Positions 62,212-64,000 of a stretch of 64,000 nucleotides of DNA are shown piece by piece (positions within the stretch are counted from its first letter, which is position 1; every line of letters starts with the position of its first letter). Source of the DNA: an uncultured Verrucomicrobiae bacterium (lineage in GTDB: Bacteria > Verrucomicrobiota > Verrucomicrobiia > Chthoniobacterales > UBA10450); the NCBI GenBank assembly GCA_963735805.1, contig CAVTMK010000002.1, positions 896,001-960,000 of the forward strand. Reading direction: 5' to 3'. A program made the translations under genes and the position numbers. The notes under the pieces are model-generated. The model was not told the origin of the DNA, made no database searches, and saw nothing but the letters and a program-made list of their open reading frames with translations.

Positions 62212-64000
62212 ATGGCGACGGCGACGATGGAACAGAAAAAGGCTCCGGCGAAAAATCCGAATTCGCCGAATCGGAAGTTCCCGCTGGAACGAACACGTAA
62301 CATCGGCATCGCTGCGCATATTGACGCCGGCAAGACGACCATCACCGAGCGTGTGTTGTTTTACACCGGCATGATCCACAAGATGGGCGAGGTCCATGAA
62401 GGCACAACGGTCACCGACTGGATGGAACAGGAACGCGAGCGCGGAATTACGATTACGTCCGCTGCAACGACTTGTACCTGGACGCAACGCAAAGAAGAGG
62501 GCGTCTATAAAATTTTCGAAGGCGTCAAGGAGCGAGTCAACATCATCGATACGCCAGGACACGTAGATTTCACCGCCGAGGTGGAGCGTTCATTGCGCGT
62601 TCTCGATGGGGCTATCGCAGTTTTCGACGGCGTTGCCGGGGTACAGCCGCAATCGGAAACAGTCTGGCGTCAGGCCACCAAATACAACGTGCCGCGGCTG
62701 GCGTTCATCAACAAGATGGACCGGGTCGGTGCCGACTTCGAGATGTCGGTAGATAGCATCCACAAAAAACTCGGCGCGAACGCGTGGCCGGTTTTGTTGC
62801 CGCTCGGCAAGGAAGATCAGCTGCGTGGTCAGCTCGACGTTATCAACAAGAAGGCGATCATTTATTCTGAAAATGATCAGCTCGGATCGACGTATGAAGT
62901 CACCGATGTGCCGAAGGATTATGTCGAGATTGTTGAGAAAACTTACAACGATCTGGTCCAACAAGTTTCCAATCTCGACGATGAGGTCGCCGAGGCCGTC
63001 ATCCATGAAAAACCAGTCACGCCTGAGCTATTGAAGGCTGGAATTCGGCGACAAACGATCGCCAATAAATTTGTCCCGGTAATCGGCGGCTCGGCATTGA
63101 AGAACATCGGCATTCAGTATTTGGTCGACGCCGTAGTCGATTATTTGCCGAGCCCACTCGACATTCCGCCCGCGAAAGGTCAAGACCCGGATACGGGGGA
63201 GGCAGTGGAAGTGCCGACGGATGACAATGGCATCTTTTGCTCGCTGGCCTTTAAGCTTTGGAGCGATCCGTTTGTCGGGAAGCTGGTTTTCTTCCGCGTC
63301 TATTCCGGCACGCTAAGTAAGGGCGACACGGTTTACAATCCGCGCACTAACAAGCGCGAACGCATTTCGCGCTTAATCCAGATTCAAGCGGACAAGCGCG
63401 AAGACATTGAGACCTGTTACTCCGGCGATATTGCCGCGATCGTTGGTATCAAAAATATCACCACCGGCGACACGCTTTGCGATGAGGACCATCCGATCCT
63501 GCTCGAGCCGCCGTCTTTTCCTGATCCCGTCATTTCGATGGCGATTGAACCCAAGACAAAATTAGACCAGGAAAAAATGGCGACTGCGCTTCAGCGACTC
63601 GCAGAAGAAGATCCCACTTTCCGGGTCTACACACACGAAGACACCGGCCAAACCATCATCGCAGGAATGGGCGAGTTGCATCTGGAAATCATTCGCGACC
63701 GCATGTTCCGCGAATTCAAGGTGGATGCAAATGCAGGCAAACCTCAAATAGCCTATCGAGAAACGATCACCACGAACGCGCACGGTGTCGGCAAGTTGAT
63801 TAAACAATCCGGCGGCCGCGGTCAGTATGGTCACGTGGAAGTGGATGTGCGTCCGGCCGAGCGCAGCAAGGGTCTCCTCGTCGAGAACAAAATCGTCGGC
63901 GGCATCATTCCGCGCGAATACATTCCAGCCGTTAAAAAAGGAATCCAGGAAGCGGTGCTCAACGGCGTGCTCGGCGGCTATCCTGTTGTCGATGTAGAGG
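62212..64000 (+). CDS. fusA: Elongation factor G, 3' end beyond the window
   Basis: [59 protein letters not shown] read in one open frame to the window end. Confidence 0.98.
   Translation, partial: MATATMEQKKAPAKNPNSPNRKFPLERTRNIGIAAHIDAGKTTITERVLFYTGMIHKMGEVHEGTTVTDWMEQERERGITITSAATTCTWTQRKEEGVYKIFEGVKERVNIIDTPGHVDFTAEVERSLRVLDGAIAVFDGVAGVQPQSETVWRQATKYNVPRLAFINKMDRVGADFEMSVDSIHKKLGANAWPVLLPLGKEDQLRGQLDVINKKAIIYSENDQLGSTYEVTDVPKDYVEIVEKTYNDLVQQVSNLDDEVAEAVIHEKPVTPELLKAGIRRQTIANKFVPVIGGSALKNIGIQYLVDAVVDYLPSPLDIPPAKGQDPDTGEAVEVPTDDNGIFCSLAFKLWSDPFVGKLVFFRVYSGTLSKGDTVYNPRTNKRERISRLIQIQADKREDIETCYSGDIAAIVGIKNITTGDTLCDEDHPILLEPPSFPDPVISMAIEPKTKLDQEKMATALQRLAEEDPTFRVYTHEDTGQTIIAGMGELHLEIIRDRMFREFKVDANAGKPQIAYRETITTNAHGVGKLIKQSGGRGQYGHVEVDVRPAERSKGLLVENKIVGGIIPREYIPAVKKGIQEAVLNGVLGGYPVVDVE

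Overview
Chromosomal segment (about 55% GC by eye) whose gene content and style suggest Verrucomicrobia, probably Spartobacteria/Chthoniobacterales (inference, not a database result). Most of it is core housekeeping: secDF/yajC, rpsU, hem genes, apt, glnD, dapFAB, folK, panB, type IV pilus/T2SS genes, glmS, glgC, lpxD, parA, udgX, tgt and rpsL-rpsG-fusA. An ADOP/MacB-type ABC permease cluster sits at the left end. The most notable region is an accessory island of about 5 kb (28350-33627) ending in tRNA-Ile2(CAT). It contains (i) a ~326-bp direct repeat that duplicates the tRNA promoter and its 5' half, broken just after the anticodon loop, with 10-bp-phased repeats at the junction; (ii) a third 34-bp remnant of the same upstream region at 28316; (iii) two integron gene cassettes with attC sites but no integrase (CALIN); and (iv) a secreted 17-aa-repeat protein with a Peptidase_S74-like chaperone domain. 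Next to the island is an STT3/AglB-like membrane glycosyltransferase whose WWDYG motif reads WWLSP. Genes between ~21.6 and 28.3 kb carry many single-base frameshifts that look like local sequencing errors. Several REP-like palindromes and heptamer/octamer repeats are present, including a 63-bp palindrome inserted in frame in tgt. No CRISPR array, rRNA, transposase or integrase was seen.
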